The notes under the pieces are model-generated. The model was not told the DNA's origin and made no database searches. It saw only the letters and a program-made list of their open reading frames with translations. A stretch of 64,000 nucleotides of DNA from Octopus sinensis (Eukaryota): assembly GCF_006345805.1 (NCBI RefSeq), contig NC_043002.1, positions 100,192,001 to 100,256,000 of the forward strand, in the 5' to 3' direction. Below are positions 40,555 to 51,790 of this stretch, in pieces. The position numbers and the translations under genes are program-made. The number at the start of each line of letters is the position of its first letter. Positions within the stretch are counted from its first letter, which is position 1.

Positions 40555-40819
40555 GATACAGTGATCCCTTTTGCATGCTTGGAATTATGCCCAGCTGTCC
40601 AGTTGACTATTCGTCTAGCGAATCCACTTCCTCCTATCCGGACGATGAGAGCCCACGATATCGCGATAAGAAAGGACTGAAAAAGTTTTCTACGAGTAGC
40701 TTGCACAAGAAGAAAGATAAGCAGCAAGCTGTTAGAGACCTCTTGCCAGCGAAGCTTATACGGACGACCAATGTTAAAAAGAACACTTTAAATCCAGTGT
40801 GGAACGAGCGCTTCAGATT
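40555..40819 (+). CDS. BAIAP3: Internal coding exon (265 nt, phase 1 to 2) of the BAIAP3/Munc13-4 family gene; C2A core with Ser/Lys-rich insertion
   Basis: Polypyrimidine tract with CTAAT branch-like motif, AG at 40553-54, donor TT|GTGAGT at 40820. Translates (G)YSDPFCMLGIMP...LLPAKLIRTTNVKKNTLNPVWNERFRL. SDPxCMLGIxP, LPAKxI and TLNPVWxExF are diagnostic of the BAIAP3/Munc13-4 C2A domain. Confidence 0.88.
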
Positions 40820-41977
40820 GTGAGTTATATTTTTGCTTTTTTGTATTCTGTGTATTAACCAGAGAGACAGATAGAGAGAGAGAGAGAGAGAGAGAGTAAG
40901 AGGGAGAGAGAGTGAGAGAGCGAGAGAGAACAAATTGTTGAAAACTTCATTAAAATTTCCGTTTACATATGTAAATTAACATAAACACCAAAGCAAACTA
41001 TTTCCAGTTTTTCTGTGTATTCTGAAATATTATATCTACCTCCGATGTTTGAAAACAAATTGAATTGCTTTATAATTATTCGCGTGAAGATATTTCTGTT
41101 TTTATTCGTCTTTCGTGTCGCTAAATTAGTTTTTCCGTATAATTCTTACTTCTATTACGTATCATTTTACTCTAAATTGTTCTGATTTTCGTGCAACTTA
41201 CTTGCTTTTGATATTTTCTCTGTATCTCTCATATATCGGAATAATCTAATAAAAGCATAACAAATTTCTGGAAGAGTATCTTTTGTAGGAATTAATGGTA
41301 TAAAATTTAGATTTACTAGATTTTTAATTATATAATCAAGACGTAGAAAACGGTGGAATTTAATACATTATTTGTTGAATATGTCAGACGTAAGTACTCG
41401 TGATAGCGGTACACATTAATGGTCAAGCGAGAAATTTCTTGGAAATTATATGTCTATAATTTCCAATTTAAAATGAAAGAAATGCATTGTATCGGAGCGA
41501 GTTGGTCTATTCTTGGGTTGATTAGGAGTATTAAAACTGTTGCTGAAAACTAGGTTGATCGTATCTCAGCTTTCAGAAAACTCAATAACGCATTCAATCG
41601 ATATTGGCATAGACAGTAACTTAACAGAAAGAAAGAATATGAAAAAAAATATTTACAGATAGATGATTTATATGTAATGCATGCATAAAGAACCATTTGA
41701 TAAAACTGGACAAAAATCACCGATTAAATACATTTGATGCACCACATTCAGCAAATGGAAGTATTCGGTGTTAAGAAATATGCAGGACGCTAACGTCTGC
41801 GAAAGAATAATTGCATATGTCAACATGAACAGAAAACCCACACATGTAATGAGATTGGCTTTAATTGCATTAAGTTAAGAGAAATAGAATATGATGCTGA
41901 GATTTTACTGCTTCATCCAGCTAAAATCGCTAATTAAAAGTAATTAATATAATTAATTTCCATATCCTCATTTTCCA

Positions 41978-42510
41978 CCTAAGACTCCAAAGATGGCGTG
42001 CTGGCAAAATCGTTAAGACATCGAACAAAAATGTATATTGGTATTTCTTCCGGCTTTTTATATTCATTCTTTCAGGGTCGATAAAAGAAGAACCAGTTGA
42101 GTCTTGGAGCTCAACTGGTTCTTCTTTTATCGTTTCACACTCCTTCCTGAAATGTTAACGTTATACCAAAATTTTAAACCGTTATTAAGCAGACAGAATC
42201 GTTAGTATGTGGGGAAAATATTTTGAAGTATTTGTTTCAGCTAGTTAAGTCCTGGGATCAAATCCCGACGTAGTTGACTTGGCCTTTCTTTCTTTAATTG
42301 TTGTGAAACTAAGGCAGTGTGCTGGTAAAAACTTAAGCACACATGATAAAATGCTTAGCGACATTTCGTCCGTCTCTATGTTCCGAGTTGAAATCCTGCC
42401 AAATCCTACTCTGCGTTTCATCCTTTCGGGGTCGATAAAATAAGTATCACTTACGCAATGGGTTCGGATCAGAATAATCGACTAGCTCCCTCGCGCCAAA
42501 ATTTCAGAAA
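41978..42510 (+). mobile_element. Cluster of about three degenerate SINE family B copies
   Basis: Repeated family B motifs gctggcaaaatcgtta, aaaatgcttagcg and ttcatcctttcggggtcgataaaataagta. Confidence 0.7.
42079..42132. repeat. Perfect 23-bp hairpin with 8-nt loop inside a SINE B remnant
   Basis: CGATAAAAGAAGAACCAGTTGAG-tcttggag-CTCAACTGGTTCTTCTTTTATCG. Confidence 0.95.
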
Positions 42511-42984
42511 AGATTTTAACATGAGAAACTACGGAAGTATTTTCTATCATCGTAACTATTAGTTATGCTAAATTCAGAAGTGTATGCTAAATTCTGAAAA
42601 AATGGTTAATAGCTTACGGAACATATGACAAAAATTCAAATAATATTATACCACACTAGAGTCTCAAATCGTTCTTACAAAGTCCATAATGTGAGAATTG
42701 GTGGGGGGGGGCGTAAATTGGGGGATAGTGTCGATAAAAAAGAAGGAAATAGGTCAAATAGGGAAAACTGCTTATATACGGAAAACGGAAATAGAAAGTT
42801 ATAATATAAGTTTAACGCTGCAAAGAACAAAAAGACGAAAGCTCTTCCTCAAACAAAAGAAGAAAAGAAAATAAAAGGACAAAGGAGGAAATAATGAAGA
42901 GACAGCAGGTCTGCATCTCGCGGTCAAGGTATAGTCTCCTTGGTAACATGCTGTGGAATGAGTAGATTTGTATTACACGCGCAA

Positions 42985-43021
<37 letters not shown>

Positions 43022-43026
43022 ATATG

Positions 43027-43300
43027 AATTAGAGATAAAACAGTGATAGACATAAAGCAATACATAGATAACCAATATATATGTATATAATTTTTTTAGA
43101 TATATACCTTATAACTAGATCTCCAAAAGTATAAAATGAATGATAAATATATAATATAATATAACATATTATATTATATATTTATCATTCATTTTATACT
43201 TTTTATATATAAAGTTATATATATATATATATTGGTTGTTTATGTATTGGTTTATGTCTATCACTGTTTGAGTTGTATAATAATGATTTTATCTCTAATT
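43027..43300. repeat. Family G foldback element with a perfect 38-bp central hairpin
   Basis: Termini aattagagataaaa / ttttatctctaatt; imperfect outer arms. The inner arms 43125-43162 and 43166-43203 are exact reverse complements around an AAC loop. Confidence 0.85.
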
Positions 43301-43414
43301 TATATTTTATATATTTATACTGTGAAATTTGATTTAATACTAAGTTGAATTTTTCCTTGTAAGTTTGGAGTTATACTCCCTAATATTATATATATATATA
43401 TATATAATTATATT

Positions 43415-43490
43415 AAATTAGAGATAAAACCACTATTAGGCAAATCAAACAATGAAAAACTTAAGCCAATACATAAAATTAATTAATTTA
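43415..43490. repeat. Family G half copy
   Basis: aaattagagataaaaccactattaggcaaatcaaacaatgaaaa matches 36718. Confidence 0.7.
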
Positions 43491-43544
43491 TATTATTTTA
43501 AATATATATCAAAATTCTTAAAAGTTTAATAAAAGATAATGAGT

Positions 43545-43668
43545 AACCATGGTTCTGGGCTCAATCTCACTGAGTGGTACTTTGGGCAAGTTCTCTACTC
43601 TATCCTCGGGCTAACCAAAGCCTTGTAAGTGGATTGGGTAGAAAAGAAACTAAAAGAAATACGTCGTA
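43545..43668 (+). mobile_element. SINE family H 5' fragment
   Basis: catggttctgggctcaatctcactgagtggtactttgggcaag...ccaaagccttgtaagtggatt...cgtcgtat. Confidence 0.7.
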
Positions 43669-43686
43669 TATATGCAGTATATATAC

Positions 43687-43735
<49 letters not shown>

Positions 43736-43743
43736 CATATATA

Positions 43744-43906
43744 CGGCGGAGAGTTACAGTTGCTGACAAAAGCAGAACAGTGGAGACATACAAGGAAACC
43801 GAACGAAAAGAAAAATGTTCGCTATTTAACCCCTTCATGTTGTTTTCGTTCGGTTACCTTGTATGTCTTCACTGTCCTGTTTCTCTTACCAACTTTGACC
43901 CTCTGT
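43744..43906. repeat. Imperfect foldback of about 160 bp next to (TA)n
   Basis: 37-bp core arms 43773-43809 / 43843-43879 with 3 mismatches; weaker pairing extends outward. Confidence 0.8.
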
Positions 43907-44344
43907 AAATCCCAAATTTTATTTTGCTTTACGGGAACAACTGCCTTTCGAAGACTCATATTGTCGTTCAATGCTCGAAATGAGTAGAACATGGACGGCC
44001 GACAAGTGATGAAGGGTCGTTATTTATGTTACTTGTCCTGTTTTCCATTTGTTTCTCTTGTTGTTTATTTATTGTTTTCGTATTTCATGTTGGTTATGGC
44101 TTTTCGCATTTATGTTGTTTACGCTTTGTGACATCCTGCACCCAAATATGCATATATATACGTGTATATGTGTGTATGTGTATGTATACATATGTATATA
44201 TATCACGTGATCACGTGACCGACCAGACCATCAGATGTTGCTACACATCGCTGGTCACAATGCGTTCGCATTGTTTTAGCCTTCGAATGACGCCACCCCG
44301 CTGGCTAAGCGAGCAGGCCAATGTATATATATACATACACACAC

Positions 44345-44404
<60 letters not shown>

Positions 44405-46003
44405 TATATTATTATTTGATTGAACATCACGCATCTATTTCCAAGTAAGTTCATCTTATATATATAAACACACACCCACATACACACGCACACACACATA
44501 CGCACACACATACATACACACACACACATACACACACGAATTAGGCTATAGTATGCGTCTGGGTGGAAATATGGCTGTATTCAGTTCTTAACTCTCTCCG
44601 CTCATGTTGATTTTGTTCGAAAGAAGCAAAACCAATCTTCTAAGTGTCAGAAGTTGAATGAACTTATAAATTATACTCGTGCATATGCGTCTCGGTAGTA
44701 TTAGTCTTTCATTGTCCTATTTATCTATAGACATGTTTAAACATTATAGCAGAAGACAATGATTTAATAGCAAGATTGAGTTTCGCATGATCTTGGTATT
44801 ATTTCAGTAAATCTATTTTAGCAACATGCAATTGGAAAATTCTCCAGTTAGTTTAACATTGTATCTTGCTCTGTATTTATCGAGTCAATTCGTCATTCAA
44901 AAGATGTTTGGAACTCATTGATTTTTAAACGTTTGACCCAAGACACACTTGTCAAATTTTCCTTTTGATGATAACTCGGCGAGAGCCCTGAATTTATAGC
45001 ATTCAAGTGGGGACAAGGAAGTATGTCTTAAATACTTTATGAATTTACTTTCATTGTTATCTTGTTTAAATATAATTGTTAATGGATAAAAACTGAAGAA
45101 ACGACTCAATGGACAGGGATATTGAAGCTGGAATACATAGATTAGACATAGATATATATGGTATGGGAAAATGAATGTGAATAAATATGTATAAAGAAAC
45201 AAAAGATTGGGTTAGAATGGCTATGGAGAAATGTGGTAGATATTTTCCTGTGTAAATTCCTGTATTCTAGTCTGAAAGTCTATGTCATCTAATGATATTT
45301 CAATCGACACGTAGCTATAAGGAAGAATCGAGGAAGAAATATGATATAAACGTAATGGGGAGAGGGGGGAAATACAAATGGGGGTCAAACTGAAGGCAAG
45401 TAGAAATGAAACAGTAACGAAAAGCATGTGACAGAACGGCATTGCATAATAAGAAATAATCCAAAAATAAATCGAAGGATTTTGACAGAAAATATAGGAA
45501 ATGTACTCACCTTGAAATCCATATCATCTGAAACTGATGAAATTAAATCCTCAGCATCTTGTAAGAATCATTCTACTAGCCATTTAATTACATTCAAAGC
45601 TATTAAATTTAATTATGATTGACGGTTATGTAATGAAGCTTCAACATTTTTGTTGTACACCTGAAACCTTGTCACTTCCACAGTTCAATTGCTAATGTGT
45701 AATTGTGTCAGAGACCAGGTTACTCTTTTGACAAAAATTGTGACACTTCATGTAATACTTTTGAAATAAAAGTGGCTTTAATTAACAGCTTTTTTCTGTT
45801 ATTAAATGGTTGGAAATATTTTACAATGAAGTAAAAATAAAACATCCAAATGAGTTAAAGTTGTATTTGGTAAGGTGATCTACGTAAACGCTACCCTGAT
45901 CCTAAATATTATAGCATTCCAAGTAAAACTGCGGCTTTAAGAAGTCCAGCATTAAAATGCGAAGTTTGTGTTAGATTACACGTTGCGGTACTGTAAGAAG
46001 GTA

Positions 46004-47283
46004 TTGAGACATCCCATAAATAATGCGGTTTTTCAATTTCTTGAACTAAAAGTCGGAAGAGAATAGGGTATCTACCTGAATCAGCTTACTATAAAAGGAG
46101 TTAGTAATTTTCCCTTGTATTTATTCTTAGTGCAAGTTTTGAAGAGTGCAGTTCAATTTTAACAGTTATTTTTTCAAAGATATATAGGAAGTGACAAAGG
46201 AGCATATTCGGCATATTTTGCTTTATGAGTTCAAAAAAGGGTACAACGCAACGAAAAGTGCGAGGAATATTAATGCAGTATATGGAGATTGGAAATAAGG
46301 GCAAGATAGTGTCAGCAGTGGTTCCAGAAATTCTGAGCCTGAAACTACTGGCTAGAAGACCAGCCTCGTCCTGTAGGATATGTAGAGCTCGACGAGGACG
46401 TGCTGTAAACACTGGTGGAACAAAATCCCATCGTAACTGTTGAGGAACTAGCAGAGAAATTTGAACTTGGTCATTCAACCATTCATCGACACCTACGTAC
46501 CATCGGAAAAGTCAGCATATTGGGTTAATGAGCTTCTCTCAAACTTTCCGAGTCTAATCGCGCGCATAGAGTGAATATGTGCTCTTCTTTGCTGTCGCAT
46601 CTCACGAATGAGCCTTTTTCGGACCGAATAATGACTGCTGAGGAGAAATGGGTTCTCTATAAAAGTGACAAGCGCCGAAGACAGTGTGTAGAGAATGGAT
46701 AAACACCTGCACCCCATGCTAAAGAAGGTCTTCACCAACGTAAGGTGTTTTTATTTGTTTGGTGGGATTTGAATGTTTAGTCCACTCTGAACTTTTAAAC
46801 CCAAACCAAATGATAACAAAGGAGATCTACTTCGAGCAGCTGAAGTGGCTTAGGTTAACGCTAGAAGAAAACAGACCATCTTTGGTTTCAAAACAAAAAG
46901 TATTCTTCCGTCCGGATAATACTCGGCCACATACAGTAAGGTTGACATTCGAAAGCAGTTTGAATGGGAAACGATGCCCCACCAACCATATTCACCAGGC
47001 ATTGCACCCACTCCCATCTGATTATCATTTATTCCCCAATCTTCAAAATCATTTGGACGGGAAAATATGAATTCTTTAGACGAGGTAAGAACAGTACTGG
47101 AGGAAGTATTTTTCATTACTGACAAGAGAACTGTGGAAGAGGCCTTACAAATCTATCAGATAGATCGAAGAGCATTGAAGAAATTGAAGGGGAGTATATT
47201 TTAGATGAAAAAGAACTTTGTTTATCTAAATTTTGGAAAATAAAAGAAGTATAAAAAATCGCTTTATTTATGGGATGACCCAA
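46004..47283 (+). mobile_element. Full-length (1280 bp) degenerate mariner (DD34D type)
   Basis: 30-bp TIRs TTGAGACATCCCATAAATAATGCGGTTTTT / reverse complement (26/30 identical), TA at 46002-03 and 47284-85. Transposase remnants EHIRHILLYEFKKG, RIMTAEEKWVLY, PDNTRPH and YSPGIAP..SDYHLF, with stops and frameshifts. Confidence 0.92.
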
Positions 47284-47529
47284 TATATATTCTGCCATGG
47301 CACCAGGTCTACAAAAGGTGGTGAAAGGAATTACTTTAACTGGAATTGGGAAAATTTGTCACAATACCGTTCTTGGAAGGGTAGATAGAACCCATCACTA
47401 TGTTTGAAACCATCACTTGCTGCAAGGTTAACGTCACTAGAGTTCACACTATTCAGGATCGATCACTAGCCACAGAGGCCATGGATATTTCTCCTCCCCT
47501 TTGGAATATGGGAAAAACAATACTAATCA

Positions 47530-47888
47530 TAACAAGAGCACTCAGAGATCGCAAACCTCCACCAAGGCAACACCAACGTCCTCTCAATGATTAACCAGAG
47601 ATGATTTTTAAAATGTGAATATATGCTCGACCAACGAGGGTACTAAAAATGAACACGGCCGCTCAAAAAAATTACGTAAAAAAAAACGGGAAAATAATAC
47701 AGAACCCTTGTCCAGTGCCGGGTCGATCCCAAAATCTATTCAGTTTTTTGCCGCTCACTAGGCCAAACTTCCCTGAAAGTTTCATCCGAATCCATCCAGC
47801 GGTTCTTGAGATGATTTGTCCACGGACAAACAAACAAGCAAACACGATTGGAAACAATACCTCCGCCTTTGTTAAGGCGGAGATAATT
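47530..47888 (+). mobile_element. Non-autonomous Helentron/HINE (DINE-1-like) element
   Basis: 5' aacaagagcactcagagatcgcaaacctccaccaagg subterminal motif, an (ACAA)n tract, and a 3' stem-loop CTCCGCCTT-tgtt-AAGGCGGAG (47861-82) complementary to the 5' subterminal motif. No TSD seen. Confidence 0.6.
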
Positions 47889-48469
47889 ATTGGGTTTTTT
47901 TTTATAATTTGGAATCATATTTTCACAAAAGCCATCATAAGCCGGCGATTTTGAGGGCACAGAGCACTTGACTGGTACTTCTTTTATTAACCTCGGAACG
48001 TAGAGAGACACAATAAATTAGCTAATCAGTATCCTAGTAATCAGTCATAACTGCTTCTAATTTATTTTAAAAATCATTAATCTTTAAAGAGAGAGATGGT
48101 TGAGAGTCCATTGTATCGATCCCCAGACTTAATTGTTCCTTTATTTTAGTGACCGCTGAACCTAATGAGGCCTATAAAGTGCGACAAGGCATTTTATCCG
48201 ACACCGAAACAACTCTAGCTACCCAGGATTTTTGTAATAGTCATAAGTGTTTCTAATTTAAACATAAATCTAACCATATTTTAAGGTAGAAGTTTATTTG
48301 GTACCAGTGATCCTAGTCCTTCAGTGATACATAATTTTATCGATACACACCCTAAAAGGAAGAAAAACAATGTTGCGGACGGTGTGACTTAATGTCAGAA
48401 CATAATGGGCCGGAAGAAATGCCGTAAAGCAGTTTCTCCGATAGTTTAACAATGCCCTCAATACACAGC

Positions 48470-48683
48470 GATAATAACTATTTCCACTATTTGCACAAGG
48501 CCTGAGATATTAGAGAGTGGAGATAGTCCATTATATTAACTCCAGTGCTTTACTAATGCTATCGATCCGAAAGAATAGACAACAAATTCGACCACGGCGG
48601 AATTGCAAATTAGAACGTAAAGACGGGGGAAGTACCGCTATGAACGTCCGGCGCGCTAATGATTCTGTTATCTAGCCCCACCT
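48470..48683 (-). mobile_element. Degenerate SINE family B (further fragments at about 47930-48460)
   Basis: Reverse complement reads aaggtgggg...cagaatcattagcgcgccggac...ttccgccgtggtcgaa...caggccttgtgc. Confidence 0.65.
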
Positions 48684-48722
48684 TAATAATAATAATAATA
48701 ATAATATAATAATAATAATAAT

Positions 48723-49105
48723 GGAAGCACTCCGTCGGTTACGACGACGAGGGTTCCGGTTGATCCGAATCAACGAAACAGCCTGCTCGTGAAATTAACG
48801 TGTAAGTGGCTGAGCACTCCACAGACACGTGCACCCTTAACGTAGTTCTCGGGGATATTCAGTGTGACACAGAGAGTGACAAGACCGGCCCCTTGAAATA
48901 CAGGTACAACAGAAACAGGAAGTAAGAGTGAGAGAAAGTTGTGGTGAAAGAGTACAGCAGGGATCACCACCATCCCCTACCGGAGCCTCGTGGAGCTTTT
49001 AGGTGTTTTCGCTCAATAAACACTCGCAACGTCCGGTCTGGGAATCGAAACCGCGATTCTATGACCGCGAGTCCGCTGCCCTAACCACTGGGCCATTGCG
49101 CCTCC

Positions 49106-49106
<1 letters not shown>
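48723..49106 (-). mobile_element. SINE family A, full length, inserted in (AAT)n
   Basis: About 95% identical (by eye) to the reverse complement of 38542-38924; (AAT)n on both sides. Confidence 0.92.
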
Positions 49107-49149
<43 letters not shown>

Positions 49150-49151
<2 letters not shown>

Positions 49152-50495
49152 TCAATTACTGAAATATGTAATCTTGACAGAGAAATACGAAAACTGTTGA
49201 CAATGCATAGAATGCACCACCCAAAGGCAGATACAGAACGACTTTATCTACCAAGAAAAGAGGGAGGCCGTGGACTTTTACAACTGGCAATAACAATGAA
49301 GATTGCTACTATTGGCCTAGACACCTACCTGAAAAACTCTGAGGACTGGACGTTAAAACTTGTCTCAAAACATGAAAACAAGAAAGCATCATACTCAGTA
49401 ACAAAACAGGCAAAGGAATATCTGAGTGAATTCCGAATACAACAAATTCCAGTACTAGACGTTATAGAAACAAGCGCAGTAAAAGCTAAACGCATGAAAA
49501 CCCGTGCTAAAAATGCTGACTTAGATATTCTGTCTATAAATGACAAGAAAAGCCTCTCAATGGCAAATATCCAAAGAGAGCGATTAATGCCGATGTTGAC
49601 AAAGGACTTAGCTAACAATGGCTAACGACTTCTGGCTTCAAATTACAAACAGAAGGGTTTATCATAGCAGCCCAGGATCAATGCCTACCTACAAGATACT
49701 ACCAGGCCATCATATTAATGAACGGCAACTCGCCAATATGCCGTGTATGTCAACAACGAAATGAGACCATTGATCATGTTGTCTCTATGTGCAGTTTTCT
49801 TGAGCTTACAGAGTATCTCAACGGACATAATAGAGCTGCACATTATATTCACTGGGTAATTTGCAAAAAAGTGGCCTGGCCCCATGATAAAAACTGGTGG
49901 GAACACAAAAAAGCCCTGTGCTTGAAAATGATCAGATCTCATACCTCTGGAACTTCACCATTCAAACTGACAGAAAGAGAGATGCAAATAGGACAGACAT
50001 CATATTAAAAGACTTTAGACAAAAATCATGCTTCCTCATTGATATGACTGTCCCAATCGATATAAACGTATCTGTCAAGACCAAAAACTGAGCAAGTATA
50101 AAGATCTTGAAATAGAAATTAGCAAATTGTGGAACCTGAAGACTAAAACAATACCTGTTGACATAGGTGCCCTAGGAATGATAGCAAAAGGGGCCGATTG
50201 CTACCTAGCTTAGATACCAAGAAACCCCCAATGGCAGGAATTTAAAAGATAGTATTCATGTGAACTGCCCATATTCTGCGTAAAAGACTGTCCATACAAT
50301 CTCAAATTTTAAAACATACACAATTTTCTTATGGTTTCTTTAACATTCTCTAGAAAAACACTATGTACAAAACCAAATATATGGCACCCTAGGCTTTCAC
50401 CAACATGAACTTCTAACTTGTCTCTTGGCGTCTCTGGGTGAGATTTGGAGACAAATTGTACAAATGCAAAGGAAAAGTCAAACATAAAATACTAA
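49150..50495 (+). mobile_element. Dong/R4-clade non-LTR retrotransposon (restriction-like endonuclease), 5'-truncated, degenerate
   Basis: Remnants LDREIRKLLTMHRMHHPKADTERLYLPRKEGGRGL, CCHC knuckle CRVCQQRNETIDHVVSMC, and RLE motifs ANRTDIILKD...LIDMTVP and KLSKYKDLEIEI...IGALG. Begins at an (AAT)n array and ends in aaataCtaataa. Confidence 0.88.
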
Positions 50496-50496
50496 T

Positions 50497-51051
50497 AAAA
50501 TGTTCTGATGCAGTACCAGGCAGTGGCTCTCATAGGTTCTGATCTTAATTGATTGGGAGTGTTATCATCTCCTTTTTTGTCTTGGTATAAAAGATGGGCT
50601 AAGGCAAATATTTAGCTCCATACCGCAGATTTGCTTGTCAGTTCATTAACGTAAACCAGTTGAGCATGTACCCTGGAGGCAGATGATAAGTGCATCTCTG
50701 ATCATGTGTAGAAGTAATGGGGAACCAGCATAGCCATAAGTTGAGAAGATTTCTTTGGAGTTTAAATAATTCACATTTCGAAACATGGGTGTTTTGTTCA
50801 TCATCCTTAATGAAACTTTATTCATGGACTATTTGAGCATGATGGGCTACTGGACCTAAAGAAAATTCCAACTGGGTCCCACCTGAAAGTTCATGCCCTG
50901 TTTATCTTGATATACGTCCACCATATCACGCACGTATAGTTGTGATGTAAGTGCCTGATGTACCCTATCATACGGGTAACATGATGGGTATAATGGCCTT
51001 CGTATATTTCACCCCAGTGTCACTCTGATGGCATGCAATGCTCTCTCATTC
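50497..51051. mobile_element. Family C repeat, copy 2, abutting the Dong/R4 3' end
   Basis: Colinear with 10447-10995. Confidence 0.85.
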
Positions 51052-51720
51052 AATGATAACAATGGTGTTATATTTTTGATGCTTTATATTATGTTGGGCT
51101 AAATACAGATACAAATAATGCTTTCTATTTTCTACTAATGTAAATATGCTGACAGGGTGCATCAGTGTCTCTTGACTTACATTAATATATAGGATTCATA
51201 AATACATGGATATGTATAGCATTCATAAATACATGGATATGTTCATTAGGAGAGACTTTGTCATATTTTTATCAGGTTCTGCTAACGTCCAAACAGAAAT
51301 ATACAAAAATTGTTTTTGTTTTCGATTATTTTCTTTTCTTTTCTTTTTTGATGTAACTATTATTGCTCACTAAAAATCGATATATTCATGTCCTGAATAC
51401 TTTGCTTCGGTTGACAATGCTTGTAGAATTATTTGGATCAGCTATAAATAGTAGACTTGAACTGAAATTAATCTGTTAGCTTACAAGATGAGTTCTACGC
51501 AGAGTTATATTGTTGTAAAACAATTAATAATAATAATAACATAAAATGTGGACGGGGAAAATGAAGTTATAATCAGTATGTTTCAGACATCGCAAAACAT
51601 AAATAGATTGTTTATGAGTCCTGTGTTGTCTCATGTATACGTGAGGTTGTCAGGATTCTAAAATTTTTTATTGTGTTTGGAATTTGAGTCTTCTGTGTGC
51701 ACACACAGACACACAGACAT

Positions 51721-51768
<48 letters not shown>

Positions 51769-51790
51769 TTATGGATATAACTCAAAACTA

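Noticed and set aside
43960-44060. gctcgaaatgag...gtgatgaagggtcg resembling hammerhead pieces
   Set aside because: The core is GTGATGA, there is no downstream GAAA or stem II, and the order is incompatible with a closed fold.
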